Shown here: one piece after another, positions 62,727 to 64,000 of the stretch
How the letters are laid out: the number at the start of each line of letters is the position of its first letter
Numbering within the stretch: position 1 is the first letter of the stretch
NCBI GenBank assembly: GCA_916438495.1
Contig: CAKAEX010000001.1
Location: forward strand, 467,771 to 531,770
Reading direction: 5' to 3'
Origin: an uncultured bacterium
GTDB taxonomy: Bacteria > Patescibacteriota > Saccharimonadia > Saccharimonadales > Saccharimonadaceae
DNA length: 64,000 bases
Made by a program: the position numbers and the translations under genes
The notes under the pieces: model-generated
Seen by the model: the letters and a program-made list of their open reading frames with translations, nothing else
Database searches by the model: none
What the model was told of the DNA's origin: nothing

Positions 62727-64000
62727 TTACATTTTTTCTGGAATTTCAATTCCTAACAAATCTAAGCCGTTCTCGAAAGTTTTCGAAACTTTTTTAAGAA
62801 GAGTTAATCGTGCAGATTTTTCAATTTCTGGAGCATCAGAAACTCGTGTTTTTTCGTAATATCGGTTCATTTCGCGCGCTAAATCATAAAGATATTTCGA
62901 AATTTTATGTGGTTCTAAATCTCGAACCGCCATTTTAACTGTTTCAGGAAAGGCTAAAAGTTGTAAAATAATATTTTTTTCAGCTTTAAAATCGTATTCT
63001 TCGAAATCAACAAGCTCAAAATTTTGCTCTTTTCTTAAAATATTATTCACACGAACCGCCGAATACTGAACATATGGGCCAGAAAATCCAGTTAATGCAA
63101 AAATATTTTCCCAGTCAAAAAGAATATTAGTTCGCCTATCTGCCGTAAAGTCTGAGAATTTAATCGCACCGAGTGCAATTTTTTTCACATCTTCTTCACT
63201 AACATCTCGGCCAGCAACAATTTCATGGGCACGCTCTTCAGCCTTATCAAGTAGCTCTTCCATCAGAACGACACCTTTTCTTGAAGACATTTTCTCACGA
63301 GTCCCATCTTCATTAAGCTGATCAATCACACCGAACCAAAGATGATATAGATCAGTTTTAATACCAAGTTTTTTCGCCATTGCAAAAATTTGCGAGAAAT
63401 AGAACTGTTGTTCTGCACCAACCGAATAAATAACTTTATCGGGAGCGAATTCTTCTTCCCGGAATAAAATTGTTGCAAGGTCGTTTGTAGCATAAAGTGC
63501 TGCACCATTACTCTTCTGTACTAAAAGTGGTATATCAAAACCATACTCTTCTAGAGGAACAATTACCGAGCCATCTTCATTTTGAACCGCAACGCCGCTT
63601 TCAATTAATTTTTGAACCGCTGCTTTTCCTTTTGGTGCAAAAAATGCTTCACCATACTCATAATCTGTTGAAATTTTTAATCGTGCCATCACATCATGAA
63701 TATGTTTAAGGCTAATTTCTTTAAATTTATTAGAATAATTTAAAGCCTCTTCATCACCATTTTCAAGCCTCAAAAGCCATTCTTCAGCCTTTTTCTCAAT
63801 TTCGCCACCTTCACCTTGCTCTTTCATTGCGGCTTTAGTTTTAATATAAACATCACCAAGCTCATAAACTCCGCGTTTCGCTAGTTTTTTTCTTCATTCG
63901 AAAACATTTCGAATCCAACAACCCAAATTCCAAAAGGCGTACCATAATCACCCAAATGATTATCTGTAATAACTTTCCATCCAGAAAACTCTAGTAATTT
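62727..64000 (-). CDS. argS: Arginyl-tRNA synthetase, C-terminal part (runs off window)
   Basis: NHLGDYG, KSNGAALYATNDLA, KMSSRKG, GPYVQYS, LLGIEIPEKM. Confidence 0.95.

Overview
AT-rich bacterial chromosome segment, with most genes on the minus strand. Gene content suggests Patescibacteria/Candidatus Saccharibacteria, possibly a low-GC lineage; this is inference, not a database result. The supporting features are an XRE-HTH-MurA fusion, AlaRS without the C-Ala domain, an FtsA-like plus baseplate-J-like pair, a membrane-anchored Clp ATPase, a DUF11/LPXTG protein, a PilX-like minor pilin and standard-code ORFs. Many essential genes are split by 1-nt indels in A/T homopolymers, most likely long-read assembly errors, so coordinates of split genes are reconstructed and approximate. 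The window holds six aminoacyl-tRNA synthetase genes (leuS, hisS, alaS, pheS, pheT, argS), ligA, polA, sbcB, rarA, obgE, typA, pgk, tpiA, glyA, folD, murA, murB, mltG, rny, trxB, rmuC and 8 tRNAs. A small plus-strand island of surface-protein genes follows tRNA-Val. No integrase, transposase, CRISPR array or rRNA was seen. Best leads: (1) an orphan surface-protein gene enclosed by a ~35-nt imperfect inverted repeat, with a highly structured leader (long-range RNA duplex or invertible cassette); (2) strong window-wide over-representation of the palindrome TTCGAA/TTTCGAAA; (3) many apparently leaderless housekeeping genes; (4) a degenerate membrane-anchored Clp ATPase with a partner membrane protein; (5) the HTH-MurA fusion with candidate operator repeats.
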